48,746 nt of DNA from Methylibium sp. (GTDB taxonomy: Bacteria > Pseudomonadota > Gammaproteobacteria > Burkholderiales > Burkholderiaceae_C): NCBI RefSeq assembly GCF_013817365.1, contig NZ_JACDCU010000001.1, positions 1-48,746 on the forward strand, written 5' to 3'. The notes beneath the pieces are model-generated. The model saw only the letters and a program-made list of their open reading frames with translations, was not told the origin of the DNA and did not search any database. The position numbers and the translations under genes were made by a program. Below are positions 48,646 to 48,746 of this stretch, piece after piece. Positions within the stretch are counted from its first letter, which is position 1. Every line of letters starts with the position of its first letter.

Positions 48646-48662
48646 AATGGCTAAAATGGCCA
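48646..48662 (+). promoter_or_regulatory. Candidate promoter/operator of the toxin-antitoxin operon
   Basis: AATGGC-TAA-AATGGC-CA direct repeat overlapping a TAAAAT -10-like box, about 25 bp before the antitoxin ATG. Confidence 0.4.
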
Positions 48663-48686
48663 ACGCCCGTTTGCCTTCTTTTCGCC

Positions 48687-48746
48687 ATGAACGTCACCGC
48701 CACCGAAGCCAAGAACCGTCTCGGCCAAGTGCTCGAGCAGGCCCAG
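48687..48746 (+). CDS. Phd/YefM family type II antitoxin, 3'-truncated by the window edge
   Basis: ATG 48687 gives MNVTATEAKNRLGQVLEQAQ, the Phd N-terminal signature (TATEAKN.LG..L); too short to appear in the ORF track. Confidence 0.8.
   Translation, partial: MNVTATEAKNRLGQVLEQAQ

Overview
High-GC betaproteobacterial (Burkholderiales-like) chromosome segment. The left flank is housekeeping: partial Fe-S/FAD oxidoreductase, HIT, DUF971, ubiE. The right flank is also housekeeping: ubiJ-like, ubiB, Na+/solute symporter, FmdB, DUF502, aspS and the start of a Phd/YefM antitoxin. Between ubiE and ubiJ lies a ~38 kb Wzx/Wzy-dependent exopolysaccharide locus of the exosortase B (EpsH/XrtB, PEP-CTERM) type. 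It carries epsDEFG-xrtB, a Wzy-like polymerase, a GH5-like glycanase, Wzx, about ten glycosyltransferase domains, acetyl-, methyl- and pyruvyl-transferases, epsI, an EpsL-like outer-membrane barrel and a WcaJ/EpsB initiating transferase. Most interesting sub-modules: (i) an SMR flippase + HAD-UbiA + GT-C cassette for lipid-linked pentofuranose transfer that lacks DprE1/DprE2 and is followed by a GMC flavoprotein with a Tat-signal partner; (ii) a secreted beta-helix protein ending in what looks like an isolated FN3 first strand, next to a lipoprotein whose FN3 domain appears to lack that strand (possible strand-complementation anchoring); (iii) a WecB/TagA glycosyltransferase fused to a STAS domain with an intact phospho-Ser motif; (iv) a pyruvyltransferase + FrhB-like pair. 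All calls come from reading motifs by eye; no database searches were run. No rRNA, tRNA, CRISPR array, integrase or transposase was seen.
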